Below are positions 47,087 through 56,100 of a stretch of 64,000 nucleotides of DNA, piece after piece (positions within the stretch are counted from its first letter, which is position 1; the number at the start of each line of letters is the position of its first letter). The stretch lies in the sequence record OZ196212.1. One strand, 5' to 3'. The translations under genes and the position numbers were made by a program. The notes under the pieces are model-generated. The model saw only the letters and a list, made by a program, of their open reading frames with translations, searched no databases and was not told the origin of the DNA.

Positions 47087-47620
47087 ATGAACATTAAAGA
47101 AGCTGAATCTGCACTGCAAGACATTGCACTGCTTTCTGCAAGCGAAGATGACGGTGATATTGCAGTTGTTGTATCTTGTGCGGGTATGAACAACTACTAC
47201 ACTGTGTGTCCGAGTGAGTTCAAGGACTTTTTGGACAACTATGAGGGCTTGAGTTATGTAGCTTTTGATTGGGTAGGCATCCCTGATGATCTGCAAGATG
47301 AAGAAATCGACTTTGACGGTCTACTAGCATGGTTCAATCTAGATGAATCGCAGCGTGAAATCTGCGAATGTCTCTACGATAACAACGTATGCATGTCTTA
47401 TGAAGACGCAGCCGAGAAAGTTGATGAATGTAACATCTTCAACGGCTCTGAAGAAGAGTACGCACAAGAAGTTGTGACTGAATTGATGGGTATCAATCTT
47501 GATGATATGCCAACAATAGTCAGCTCGAACATCAATTGGGGTGATGTGTTCATCGACTTAGACGCCGATGGTAATATTTACAAACTTGAACACGACAAGT
47601 TCTTAACGACGCAGTTCTAA
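47087..47620 (+). CDS. ArdA-like antirestriction DNA mimic
   Basis: very acidic; DWVGIP, G.EEEYAQE, SNINWGDVFIDL..G. Confidence 0.7.
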   Translation: MNIKEAESALQDIALLSASEDDGDIAVVVSCAGMNNYYTVCPSEFKDFLDNYEGLSYVAFDWVGIPDDLQDEEIDFDGLLAWFNLDESQREICECLYDNNVCMSYEDAAEKVDECNIFNGSEEEYAQEVVTELMGINLDDMPTIVSSNINWGDVFIDLDADGNIYKLEHDKFLTTQF

Positions 47621-47937
47621 TGTCTTTATTCGATGCAAATATGCGTGCTTTACCACAAGGCTATGAGTTCGTAGCGAACGTGCGCGGAACAGTTAAAGAG
47701 CTGTTGCCGCACGTTGAATCTGGTGATTACGTGCGCTGTAGAATGCTTGATGAGTGCGATAAAACGCCACGCGTTGAAATCATACTCAAATCAGGCAACG
47801 TTATTCTGCAAGAGACGCTTGGGCGATTCGATGGTTGGTTGACGTACGAGGGTCATATTGACCTAGTGACTGACTATCCGTACGAGCATATTCGTGCAGA
47901 AGCTGTTGAGTTTTTTAAAAGGTACGACAATGAGTAG
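47620..47937 (+). CDS. hypothetical protein
   Basis: coupled ORF. Confidence 0.7.
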   Translation: MSLFDANMRALPQGYEFVANVRGTVKELLPHVESGDYVRCRMLDECDKTPRVEIILKSGNVILQETLGRFDGWLTYEGHIDLVTDYPYEHIRAEAVEFFKRYDNE

Positions 47938-48505
47938 TACAAGCGGTAACGTCAACAAAGACGATTACTACGCTACGCCTGACTGGTTAGTTACTGAGTT
48001 CTTATTAGAATTCGAGACCAGAATACAACACGAACATGAGAAGAGCATGGCAGGAATGTATGTGCTTGACCCATCGTGTGGTGGCTGTAGCGAACATGAC
48101 GCTGCTTACCCTGTTGCATACAAAGACTTGTATCATGTTGACATCGACACGATGGACATTCGTGAAGACTCGCACGCTCAACGCGTGTGTAACTATCTCG
48201 AAACGCCAGTCGATATGAAGTATGATATGATCATGACTAATCCTCCATTTAGCTTATCAGTAGATTTTGCTGAAAAAGCGTTATCCGAAGTCGATGATGG
48301 TGGATATGTCGTGATGTTGCAACGATTAAACTGGTTAGGTAGCATTAAGCGCAAGCCGTTCTGGGACGAAGCTCCGTTAAGAGCAGTGCTTGTGCATCAC
48401 AGACGCCCGAGCTTTCACGGTACGAAAGGCACTGACTCGATTGAGTACGCGCACTTTGTATTCCAGAAAGGTTACACGGGTATAGCAGAGTTGATGGTTA
48501 TATAG
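47930..48505 (+). CDS. amino (N6-adenine-type) DNA methyltransferase
   Basis: DDYYATP, LDPSCGG, TNPPF, RLNWL, EYAHFVF. Confidence 0.85.
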   Translation: MSSTSGNVNKDDYYATPDWLVTEFLLEFETRIQHEHEKSMAGMYVLDPSCGGCSEHDAAYPVAYKDLYHVDIDTMDIREDSHAQRVCNYLETPVDMKYDMIMTNPPFSLSVDFAEKALSEVDDGGYVVMLQRLNWLGSIKRKPFWDEAPLRAVLVHHRRPSFHGTKGTDSIEYAHFVFQKGYTGIAELMVI

Positions 48506-48540
48506 CTATTACTCACATTGAAACGAACACGGACTAAACA

Positions 48541-48897
48541 ATGAACCAAGTGAATATTTCATCATGCAACGGCTCAGTAACAGTAAACGGGGTCAGTTAC
48601 AAAGGTAACAACGTATCAGTCAGCAACGGCAAAGTCGTTATTGATGGCGTTGCTCAAGGCGACGTAGCCGAATCAAAGAACATCGTGATTACCGTACAAG
48701 GTAACGTGGGTTCAGTTCAATCACCAGATGGTACTATCATCGTACACGGTGACGTATCTGGTGATGTTCAGTCAACTAATGGCGACATTGAAGCTGAGGG
48801 TGTGGGCGGTAACGTAACTACGACTAATGGCGATGTTGACTGTTGGGAAGTCGCAGGTGCTGTGACTACAACTAACGGTGATATCAATCACAAATAA
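48541..48897 (+). CDS. beta-solenoid repeat protein (DUF4097-like)
   Basis: repeated V.T.NGD(V/I) units. Confidence 0.75.
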   Translation: MNQVNISSCNGSVTVNGVSYKGNNVSVSNGKVVIDGVAQGDVAESKNIVITVQGNVGSVQSPDGTIIVHGDVSGDVQSTNGDIEAEGVGGNVTTTNGDVDCWEVAGAVTTTNGDINHK

Positions 48898-48906
48898 GGA
48901 ACGAAT

Positions 48907-49191
48907 ATGTCTGATAAAGACTTCTTTGGTCGCGTCATTAAAGACGGCGACTTTCTATACCGAGCGAAGAACGCAGGTCGTAGCTACACAACTGAGATCA
49001 TTCTAGTTGTTGATTGCCCTGATGGTAAGCGTCGCTACGTGGCAGTGACTGGTTACGGCAGCAATGCCAAGCTACCAACGCCGAGTCGTGCAATGATCGT
49101 CGATCCTAAACTAGTCGAGGTCAATTACAATCCAAATTACCTCAATGCGATTGAAAAAGCAATCACGATGAAAATTCAAAAAATCTCTTGA
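48907..49191 (+). CDS. hypothetical protein
   Basis: ORF with RBS. Confidence 0.7.
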   Translation: MSDKDFFGRVIKDGDFLYRAKNAGRSYTTEIILVVDCPDGKRRYVAVTGYGSNAKLPTPSRAMIVDPKLVEVNYNPNYLNAIEKAITMKIQKIS

Positions 49192-49238
49192 TCAACTGAC
49201 TTGAATAGTGTACACTGCTCGAAAAGAGGAGTGACACT

Positions 49239-49376
49239 ATGATAGAGAACATGATTCGAGATATGCTAGAGTCTGAAATTGATGTTGAAGACATTCTAGA
49301 AACCTTGACTGAAGAGTATGGCATGGACACTGCTGATGCAGTCGCAGCCATATGTGAAATAGATAATGAAACTTAG
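49239..49376 (+). CDS. small acidic protein (45 aa)
   Basis: hand-translated; GAGGAG RBS; TTGATC-17-TACACT upstream. Confidence 0.65.
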   Translation: MIENMIRDMLESEIDVEDILETLTEEYGMDTADAVAAICEIDNET

Positions 49377-49384
49377 AGACAAAT

Positions 49385-51496
49385 ATGATTATTCACACTC
49401 CTGATTCAACCGTACAAACGTCTGGTAAGATGCGTACGGCTGGTTTTAATATGAAAGCAAGTGCCAAAGGCTTTCGCATCATTTCAACAACGCTTTACAA
49501 AGATCCAATTCTAGCTATTGTGCGTGAGCTAACGTGTAATGGCTGGGATGCTCATCAAATGAATGGCAACAAAGACACGGCAATCGAAGTACACTTACCG
49601 AACCAGTTTGAACCTTGGTTCAGTGTGAAAGATTTCGGCTGTGGTATGTCTGATGATGATATCTTTGGCGTTTACACAACTGTTTTCGACTCAACGAAAG
49701 ACGACTCGAACGACGTTATTGGCGCAATGGGTCTTGGTTCAAAGACACCGTTCAGCTACAACAACGGTCAATCGTTTACTGTTAAGTCAGTCAAAGACGG
49801 TCTGAAAGCTGTGTACTCTGCATATCTTGATCGTGGTGAGCCTGCTATCACGTGTATGAACGAGCCTGCACCAACTGATGAACCAGATGGCGTAGAAGTT
49901 ATCGTTCCTGTGCGTAAAGAAGACTTCAGTCGCTTCAAAGACGCTGCAAACAGTGTAATGCCGTACTTCAAGTCGCCTGTTGTTGACACCAATATCGCGC
50001 TAGATAAACGCGAGTTCGTACACATGGATGGCTACTACACTGAGACGAAGACTTACCACTATCGTTCAACTAACGTGTACGCAGTGATGGGTAACGTTTG
50101 CTATCCGCTGAACTCTGGTTACATTGAAGGCATCAATGATGTGCGTAGCTACTTCAAGTCAAGTGATCTATACATTGAATTCGCTATCGGTGAGCTAGAT
50201 GTAAGTGCGTCACGTGAAGAGTTGCACTATGATGACCGTACAATCGAGAACATCAATACACGTGTCAATGAAATCAACGAAGGTTTCTTGAAACAGTCGC
50301 AAGATTGGGTCGATGAGCAGAACTTTAAGCATATCAGTGAAGCATGGCGCGCTTGTGATAATCGCTTCAGTGACGTGATCATGGGTAAGATGATGTTTGG
50401 CGATGTTAAAGTCAACACATATCGCGACCAAATTCAGCGTGAGTTCTTGATCGATGACAAGCGTGGGCTTGGTGGTAAGACAGTGATGTTCCGTCCAGAG
50501 TCAATGAACAAAGAGGGCGTTGCGCGTCGTACTGATTATCATCGTGCGTCTGACATTCTTGATGTGCGTCGCGACTTCGAAGCTAAACCAATCATGGTTG
50601 TTCACGATGACTTGAAGACTGGTGGTGTTAGCATTGTCAAAGAGTACGTTCGTCAAACTCGTAATGCTGTGTATTACCATCACGACGAGAAATACTCAAC
50701 GACTGGTACGATTCTGCTGTTGAAAGCGCGTCTGCGTGACAGTGAATACGTTGTGCTTAAAACGTCTGACTTGAAAGCTGACTACACGCCAGAGAAGAAG
50801 CCGAAGAGCAAGAACGCCAAACCAGTAGCGCGTACTGTTCAACTGTATCGCGTGACGATTGGTGAAGACGACGTGCGCTCGATTGATGTTCATGAGCTTG
50901 ATAAGAAAGTTCTACGTGAAGATGGTGTTCACTTCGTGAGCTTGTATCGTGACTACATCGAACGCAACATCGGTGATGAACATGGCATGGAATACAATCG
51001 CGGTGTTGGTCTTGTTGAAACGATCATGCGTCTGAAAAATCTTAAAGAAGTGTATATCGTGCGTCGTGGTGAGATTGAACACATCAAATCAAACAAGAAC
51101 GCGATTAATCTTTTCGATTTGAAGTTTAACAAGCGTGAAGTACGTAGTAAAATCGACTGGAAGACGTACACGATCACTGACAATCTACACGGGTGGCGTT
51201 GTGCGCTTAAATCTGCGTGGTACAATGATGCAGTGCGCGAGTGCTTCGGCTATGAACGTACCGAACACACATGCAACACAACTATCGACCGTTTGTGTTC
51301 TGAATTCCCAGTTATCAAGCAAGTGCGCGAAGCTGAGAAAGAAAAGCATTTAGCGAAACTGATGAAGATTCAAGAGAATCCGCGCTATCAGTTAGCATGG
51401 AACTTGATTGACAACTGCACGTCTAATTCAGATGCGCAACAACTAATGACCCTATTGAGAGGAAAACGTAATGGTAAACTTACCAATCGAAACTAA
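49385..51496 (+). CDS. rIIA: RIIA lysis-inhibition accessory protein
   Basis: GHKL-like RELTCNGWDAH, VKDFGCGMS, GAMGLGSKTPF, REELHYD. Confidence 0.95.
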   Translation: MIIHTPDSTVQTSGKMRTAGFNMKASAKGFRIISTTLYKDPILAIVRELTCNGWDAHQMNGNKDTAIEVHLPNQFEPWFSVKDFGCGMSDDDIFGVYTTVFDSTKDDSNDVIGAMGLGSKTPFSYNNGQSFTVKSVKDGLKAVYSAYLDRGEPAITCMNEPAPTDEPDGVEVIVPVRKEDFSRFKDAANSVMPYFKSPVVDTNIALDKREFVHMDGYYTETKTYHYRSTNVYAVMGNVCYPLNSGYIEGINDVRSYFKSSDLYIEFAIGELDVSASREELHYDDRTIENINTRVNEINEGFLKQSQDWVDEQNFKHISEAWRACDNRFSDVIMGKMMFGDVKVNTYRDQIQREFLIDDKRGLGGKTVMFRPESMNKEGVARRTDYHRASDILDVRRDFEAKPIMVVHDDLKTGGVSIVKEYVRQTRNAVYYHHDEKYSTTGTILLLKARLRDSEYVVLKTSDLKADYTPEKKPKSKNAKPVARTVQLYRVTIGEDDVRSIDVHELDKKVLREDGVHFVSLYRDYIERNIGDEHGMEYNRGVGLVETIMRLKNLKEVYIVRRGEIEHIKSNKNAINLFDLKFNKREVRSKIDWKTYTITDNLHGWRCALKSAWYNDAVRECFGYERTEHTCNTTIDRLCSEFPVIKQVREAEKEKHLAKLMKIQENPRYQLAWNLIDNCTSNSDAQQLMTLLRGKRNGKLTNRN

Positions 51497-52556
51497 GCAG
51501 TCTATTGTAAAAGCGTCAGCTAATGGCGTTACGCAGAAAGACAATGCGGCACAACACAGCACTTCGCCAACTACTGTTCGCCGTGTTCTCGCTGAACACC
51601 GCGAGGGTAAGTTTAGTCTTCAGACTGCGAAGAAAGTCGTTAAGCAACGCAAGGGGCGTAAAGAACAAACGCCAGATGAAGCAGCGGCATTCGCGAAGAA
51701 TCTAAGCAAATTGCTTGGTACTGAAGTGAAAACTACTAAGAAAGCAGAGAAAACACCTGCGCAGCAAGTGAAAGCTGCTAAGGAACGCAAGCCGTTAGCT
51801 GAAGCACAGATGAACAACGTTGCTGAAGCTGAGTTCGCATACGTTATCACACCAGTGAACGTGTCATTCAGTTTTGAAGGCGAAGCATACTCTGCTGACT
51901 TCACCGCGACGAACTACTCTAAGATTGTTGCAGCACTGATTGATAACGATGGTGCGAAAGCTGTATCGTTGCTTGATGTAGCGAAAGGCATCGAAGAGTT
52001 CATGCTTGGCAACGTAGTTGTTAAGGGTGGCGTTGTTAAGTATCGTGATCTAGACATCGACGGTGGCATGACTACTCGCATTCTAGAAGCGATGGAGCAA
52101 GGCGACCAGAAGCAAGTCACTAAGCTTGTGAAGTTCTTCGAGAATCTAATCAACAACCCGTCTCGTCGTGCTGTTGAAGAGCTGTATGGCTTCCTAGAAG
52201 CTGCTGACATCGAGCTTACCGACGATGGTCACTTCTTAGCATACAAGAAGATTCGCGATAACTGGAAAGATGTACACAGCAACACTATGTACAACAAACC
52301 GGGCATGACTGTGTGGATGCAACGTCATGACGTGAACGACGACAAAGACCAAACATGTTCTGCCGGTCTGCACGTGTGTTCTAAAGGTTATCTGAGCAGC
52401 TTTGGTGGTGCACGCACTATCATGTGTAAAGTGAACCCGCGTGATGTCGTGTCAGTACCGAGCGACTACAACAACACGAAACTTCGCTGTAATGAGTATC
52501 TGGTTCTGCATGAATTAGATCCAAATACACTGAAACCGCTCAAGGTTGAGAAGTAG
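51471..52556 (+). CDS. rIIB: RIIB protein
   Basis: FLAYKK, TCSAGLHVCS, KVNPRDVVSVP.DYN..KLR. Confidence 0.95.
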   Translation: MVNLPIETKQSIVKASANGVTQKDNAAQHSTSPTTVRRVLAEHREGKFSLQTAKKVVKQRKGRKEQTPDEAAAFAKNLSKLLGTEVKTTKKAEKTPAQQVKAAKERKPLAEAQMNNVAEAEFAYVITPVNVSFSFEGEAYSADFTATNYSKIVAALIDNDGAKAVSLLDVAKGIEEFMLGNVVVKGGVVKYRDLDIDGGMTTRILEAMEQGDQKQVTKLVKFFENLINNPSRRAVEELYGFLEAADIELTDDGHFLAYKKIRDNWKDVHSNTMYNKPGMTVWMQRHDVNDDKDQTCSAGLHVCSKGYLSSFGGARTIMCKVNPRDVVSVPSDYNNTKLRCNEYLVLHELDPNTLKPLKVEK

Positions 52557-52573
52557 ATCACAAAAACTATCAC

Positions 52574-52627
52574 AAAAGGGTTGCTTTGGCAACCCTTTTT
52601 GCGTATTATAGCTCTATCGAAACAAAC
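52574..52627 (+). promoter_or_regulatory. combined terminator / early promoter
   Basis: gggttgc-tttg-gcaaccc-T5; TTGCTT-17-TATTAT; ATCGAAACAAAC. Confidence 0.85.
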
Positions 52628-52640
52628 AAGAGAGAACATT

Positions 52641-52964
52641 ATGAACATCATGAATGCACAAGACCTGCGAATCGTTGAAGAACTTATCGAGCAGAAAGAC
52701 GCGACTGTTGTCGAAAAGTCTGACTATCGCGCTGCAATGGCATTTGCTTATGGTAGTATGTCTGCACCACAACGCGAGATCTTCAAGACTTATCATAGCC
52801 CTTACTTAGCTGAACGCTATGACATTGAATACTGCACTGATACGCAAGTAATCTTGCCGACTGGTCACTTGAAGACTGCAATCGCGTTCGTCAAAGACGT
52901 TCTACCAACGCAAGAAATTGATATTTTGAAGCGTGACTTTCAATTTGACTTAGGGATACTGTAA
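52641..52964 (+). CDS. hypothetical protein
   Basis: start ATG 52641. Confidence 0.75.
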   Translation: MNIMNAQDLRIVEELIEQKDATVVEKSDYRAAMAFAYGSMSAPQREIFKTYHSPYLAERYDIEYCTDTQVILPTGHLKTAIAFVKDVLPTQEIDILKRDFQFDLGIL

Positions 52965-53485
52965 TGAAACGAATACTAATAGCTGCGATGCTAGTTCTCG
53001 GACTAGCAGCGTGTGACAACAACACTGCAACGATACCGACTGCGTATCAAGAAGGCGTGCAGCCTATTGACAGTGAGTTTCCCGATAACTCTCTCGATGC
53101 TGGTGGTCTTGATTGGGCGCATGAAGCTGTAGAAGAGACTGATCATTCGTTTGATGAGTATGATGACAGTGATAGTGGATTTGATTGGGGAGACGCTGCG
53201 ATTGGTTTTGTAGCTGCTGAAGTGATTGACGATGTGTTTGATTCGAGTAGCAGCAAGACAACGACTAAAACAGTCTACGTGCCAGTGTCTGATACTAAGA
53301 GTACACAGCCAAAAGCAGTAACGACTAGCACGAAGTCTGTTGCACCGACGACTAAGAAAGTAGTTAAGCCAAAGGCGAAGACTAAACAATCTAAGCCAAA
53401 AGCGAAGAAGAAGAAATCTAAGTCTAAGAGCAAGCCACCTAAGAAGAAAAAGAAGAAAAAGAAAAAGAAGAAAAAGAAACGTTAA
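52964..53485 (+). CDS. lipoprotein with poly-lysine tail
   Basis: lipobox LAAC; ends K13-R. Confidence 0.8.
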   Translation: MKRILIAAMLVLGLAACDNNTATIPTAYQEGVQPIDSEFPDNSLDAGGLDWAHEAVEETDHSFDEYDDSDSGFDWGDAAIGFVAAEVIDDVFDSSSSKTTTKTVYVPVSDTKSTQPKAVTTSTKSVAPTTKKVVKPKAKTKQSKPKAKKKKSKSKSKPPKKKKKKKKKKKKKR

Positions 53486-53490
53486 GACCT

Positions 53491-53518
53491 AAAAAAGGGA
53501 GCTATATGCTCCCTTTTT
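53491..53518. terminator. bidirectional terminator
   Basis: aaaaagggagc-tatat-gctcccttttt. Confidence 0.88.
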
Positions 53519-53519
53519 G

Positions 53520-54080
53520 CTATTTCTTTTTAGCTGCAAGCGTTTTTGCACGCTTAGTTGCTGTTGATATAGCTTTTAGTTCTTTTTCCATCTTGGCTAA
53601 GTCGCTGACAAACTTCTCTGAGTTCTTGATGTCGCTACGCAGTGCGCCTTTCGATGTCGCGATGTCTAAATCGCTATTCAAGCTCGTACGAAGCTTGTGA
53701 GTCAAGAATGTCGCACGCTCGATGTCTTGCTCGAACTTAGCTACTTTCTTCGGCGTCACTTCAGTGTCTTTGCTTACCGATTGGTACTTTTCAATGCGCT
53801 TCATTAGCTTTTTCAGCTCTTTGTAGTCTTTACGTGCTTGACCGCCTGCGAACAACGCGCCACCAATCAAACCATTGATGCCCATACTAATTGCGCCCCA
53901 CGTTGCCAATGGAATTGCAAGAGCAAGACCGCCAGTAGCTGCACCTGCACCTGCTGCACCAAGAGCACCAATTGTTGCACCTGCAACTGCACCGGTAGCT
54001 GCTGCTCGTTTAGCCCATTGGCTGATTGTTGCCTCATCGAGTGGTTTTACTTCGAACTCGTCGAATGTTTTTAATTCCAT
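53520..54080 (-). CDS. glycine-zipper membrane-type protein with internal-protein-like leader
   Basis: MELKTFDEFEVKPLDE leader; long Gly/Ala hydrophobic segment; basic tail. Confidence 0.8.
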   Translation of the reverse strand: MELKTFDEFEVKPLDEATISQWAKRAAATGAVAGATIGALGAAGAGAATGGLALAIPLATWGAISMGINGLIGGALFAGGQARKDYKELKKLMKRIEKYQSVSKDTEVTPKKVAKFEQDIERATFLTHKLRTSLNSDLDIATSKGALRSDIKNSEKFVSDLAKMEKELKAISTATKRAKTLAAKKK

Positions 54081-54183
54081 GTGAATCCCTTATTAAAAGT
54101 GAGAGAGCGCGACCATCGAACCAATACTCGCAGTGACCGTGCGAAGAAACTCGGTCACACTCCCTCAAAACTGTGTTATATTA

Positions 54184-54191
54184 TATTTAGT
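54184..54191 (-). promoter_or_regulatory. late promoter variant ACTAAATA
   Basis: about 100 bp upstream of ATG 54080. Confidence 0.55.
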
Positions 54192-54311
54192 GACAACTAT
54201 TAATAAGAATGTCGTTTATAGCTCATTTAACTGAAAATAGTTGTTGATTAAAGTGTAAAAATGACGTACTATGACGTAAATCAATATGAACTGCTTAAAA
54301 AGGACACAATC

Positions 54312-54740
54312 ATGACATCTACATCAATTATGCGCGGCGCTAACACAGTTGTACGTGAGCTACAAATCTTCTCTGGTGACACATCAACTGTTGTAATTGG
54401 TGCGCCTGCGAGTGGCAAGAATGCAATGCTGCTTGGTATGTTAGCTCAACGCGGTGCTGAGAACTGCACATTTATCTGTACAGAAATGTATGCGCGTAAA
54501 GCCATCAACATGCTACCGCCAAAAGGTTTAGCTGTTCAATCAAATGCATCATTTGAGTCAATTGTCGGTGCTGTGTCGCGTGCGACTGCAAGCGAACGCG
54601 AGTTCATTGTCATTGAACATTTACCATCCAACCCACAGTTCGACGCTGTTGACGTACTAGAGTCAATCGTTCGAGCACATAATAAAAAACTAATCATCGG
54701 CATGCAAGCAGCACGCGATGGTATCACACGAGATCTATAA
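54312..54740 (+). CDS. small P-loop NTPase-like protein (RecA/DnaB-like fragment)
   Basis: GAPASGKN, FICTEM, IVIEHL; TTGATT-17-TACTAT upstream. Confidence 0.6.
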   Translation: MTSTSIMRGANTVVRELQIFSGDTSTVVIGAPASGKNAMLLGMLAQRGAENCTFICTEMYARKAINMLPPKGLAVQSNASFESIVGAVSRATASEREFIVIEHLPSNPQFDAVDVLESIVRAHNKKLIIGMQAARDGITRDL

Positions 54741-54741
54741 C

Positions 54742-55773
54742 ATGAATCAAGAACAAGTATTGTTTAAGAGTCTGTTCGGCTCTAGACTATATGGCACAGA
54801 CACGCCAGAGTCAGACACTGACTACAAAGAAGTCTACATGCCATCCGTAAAACGATTGCTTCGCGGGTTGGCTATCAAAAACAGTGCAGAATCAACGGGC
54901 GACGACTTCAGCACGAATGGCGCTGATGATGAAGACTACGAACGCATCCCTGTTCAAGTGTTCACTCGCGACTATCTAGCAGGTCAATCGTATGCATATG
55001 AGCTTGCTCACTACGCATTGCACGATGGCGTTGAAGTTGACCCAGCATTCCGTAAGCTATGTGCTGAACTTGTTGTGCGTTACTCTACTAGCAATGTGAA
55101 AGCAATGACTGGTTATGCAATGAGCCAAGCGCAGAAGTATGGCGTAAAAGGCACTCGACTGAACAGCATCATGCTATTTCAGAACGCGTTGCTGTATCAT
55201 CACACTGACGATAAGATGAAACTCGGTGACTGTCTTGAGCTATGTGAAGAGCTGTGGGCACTTGCTGCGAAAGACGAGAACATCGGTTTCGAATGGTATC
55301 GCGGTCCCACATCACGCACACCAGAGCAAGTGAAAGATCCTGCGTTCACTGTGTTAGGCAAAGTCAACGGTCTTGAAGTTACATTCGAAGAAGCGTTGCT
55401 GCGATGTGAGAAGCAAGCAGCCAAGTATGGTGCACGAGCTTATGCAGCACGAGCAGCGTCTGGCTCTGACTGGAAAGCTATCTCTCATGCTCTACGTGTG
55501 ATCGACCAAGCTATCGATATCTTGAACGGTAAGATGCTTGAGTTCCCACGCCCGTTAGCGTCGTTCTATCGCGATGTGAAAGCGGGTAAGTACAAATGGG
55601 AGTATGTGTCGAGCGTAATCACAGAACGATTAGAGACGCTTGCAGAAGCGCAAGAACGTACTGAATTGCAATCACACTCGCCGCAACTCGTTGAATCGTT
55701 CTATGAATGGCACGACGACTGGTTAGATGAGTTGTACTTTCCGTCAATTGAAAGCTTCAGCGACTTAGTATAA
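54742..55773 (+). CDS. Pol-beta-family nucleotidyltransferase (T4 NrdC.11-like)
   Basis: FGSRLYGTDTPESDTDYKE, KYGVKGTRL, DWKAISHA. Confidence 0.9.
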   Translation: MNQEQVLFKSLFGSRLYGTDTPESDTDYKEVYMPSVKRLLRGLAIKNSAESTGDDFSTNGADDEDYERIPVQVFTRDYLAGQSYAYELAHYALHDGVEVDPAFRKLCAELVVRYSTSNVKAMTGYAMSQAQKYGVKGTRLNSIMLFQNALLYHHTDDKMKLGDCLELCEELWALAAKDENIGFEWYRGPTSRTPEQVKDPAFTVLGKVNGLEVTFEEALLRCEKQAAKYGARAYAARAASGSDWKAISHALRVIDQAIDILNGKMLEFPRPLASFYRDVKAGKYKWEYVSSVITERLETLAEAQERTELQSHSPQLVESFYEWHDDWLDELYFPSIESFSDLV

Positions 55774-55776
55774 ATA
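55769..55776 (+). promoter_or_regulatory. T4 late promoter TATAAATA
   Basis: perfect consensus. Confidence 0.88.
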
Positions 55777-55804
55777 CAGTTAAACGAACAATGGAGTTTA
55801 ACAC

Positions 55805-56059
55805 ATGACAAAAGGTTTCAATGAATTTCACGCGAAAGGTGAAGTTAAGATTCAAGAGACTACACAAGAGTTCCACGAACGTGTAGTCAAGCACCGTAAA
55901 GTAGATGATGCACGCTACCCTGACCTATCTAAATCTGGTCTTGAGGGTCCGTACACAGACTTGAATGGTAAGGTATACTACTACGATTCTCGTGAGGGTA
56001 TGCATTACGATCCAGATACTGATCTCTACATTACAGCAAAAGACTTACGTTTACCGTAA
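55805..56059 (+). CDS. small late protein with internal-protein-like leader
   Basis: MTKGFNEF..IQE leader; GLEGPY..YYD..G.HYDPDTD. Confidence 0.8.
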   Translation: MTKGFNEFHAKGEVKIQETTQEFHERVVKHRKVDDARYPDLSKSGLEGPYTDLNGKVYYYDSREGMHYDPDTDLYITAKDLRLP

Positions 56060-56065
56060 TCAAAT

Positions 56066-56086
56066 AGCGCCTACGGGCGCTTTTTT
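56066..56086 (+). terminator. intrinsic terminator
   Basis: agcgcc-TACG-ggcgct plus Ts. Confidence 0.88.
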
Positions 56087-56100
56087 ATGGGAGAAAGGAA

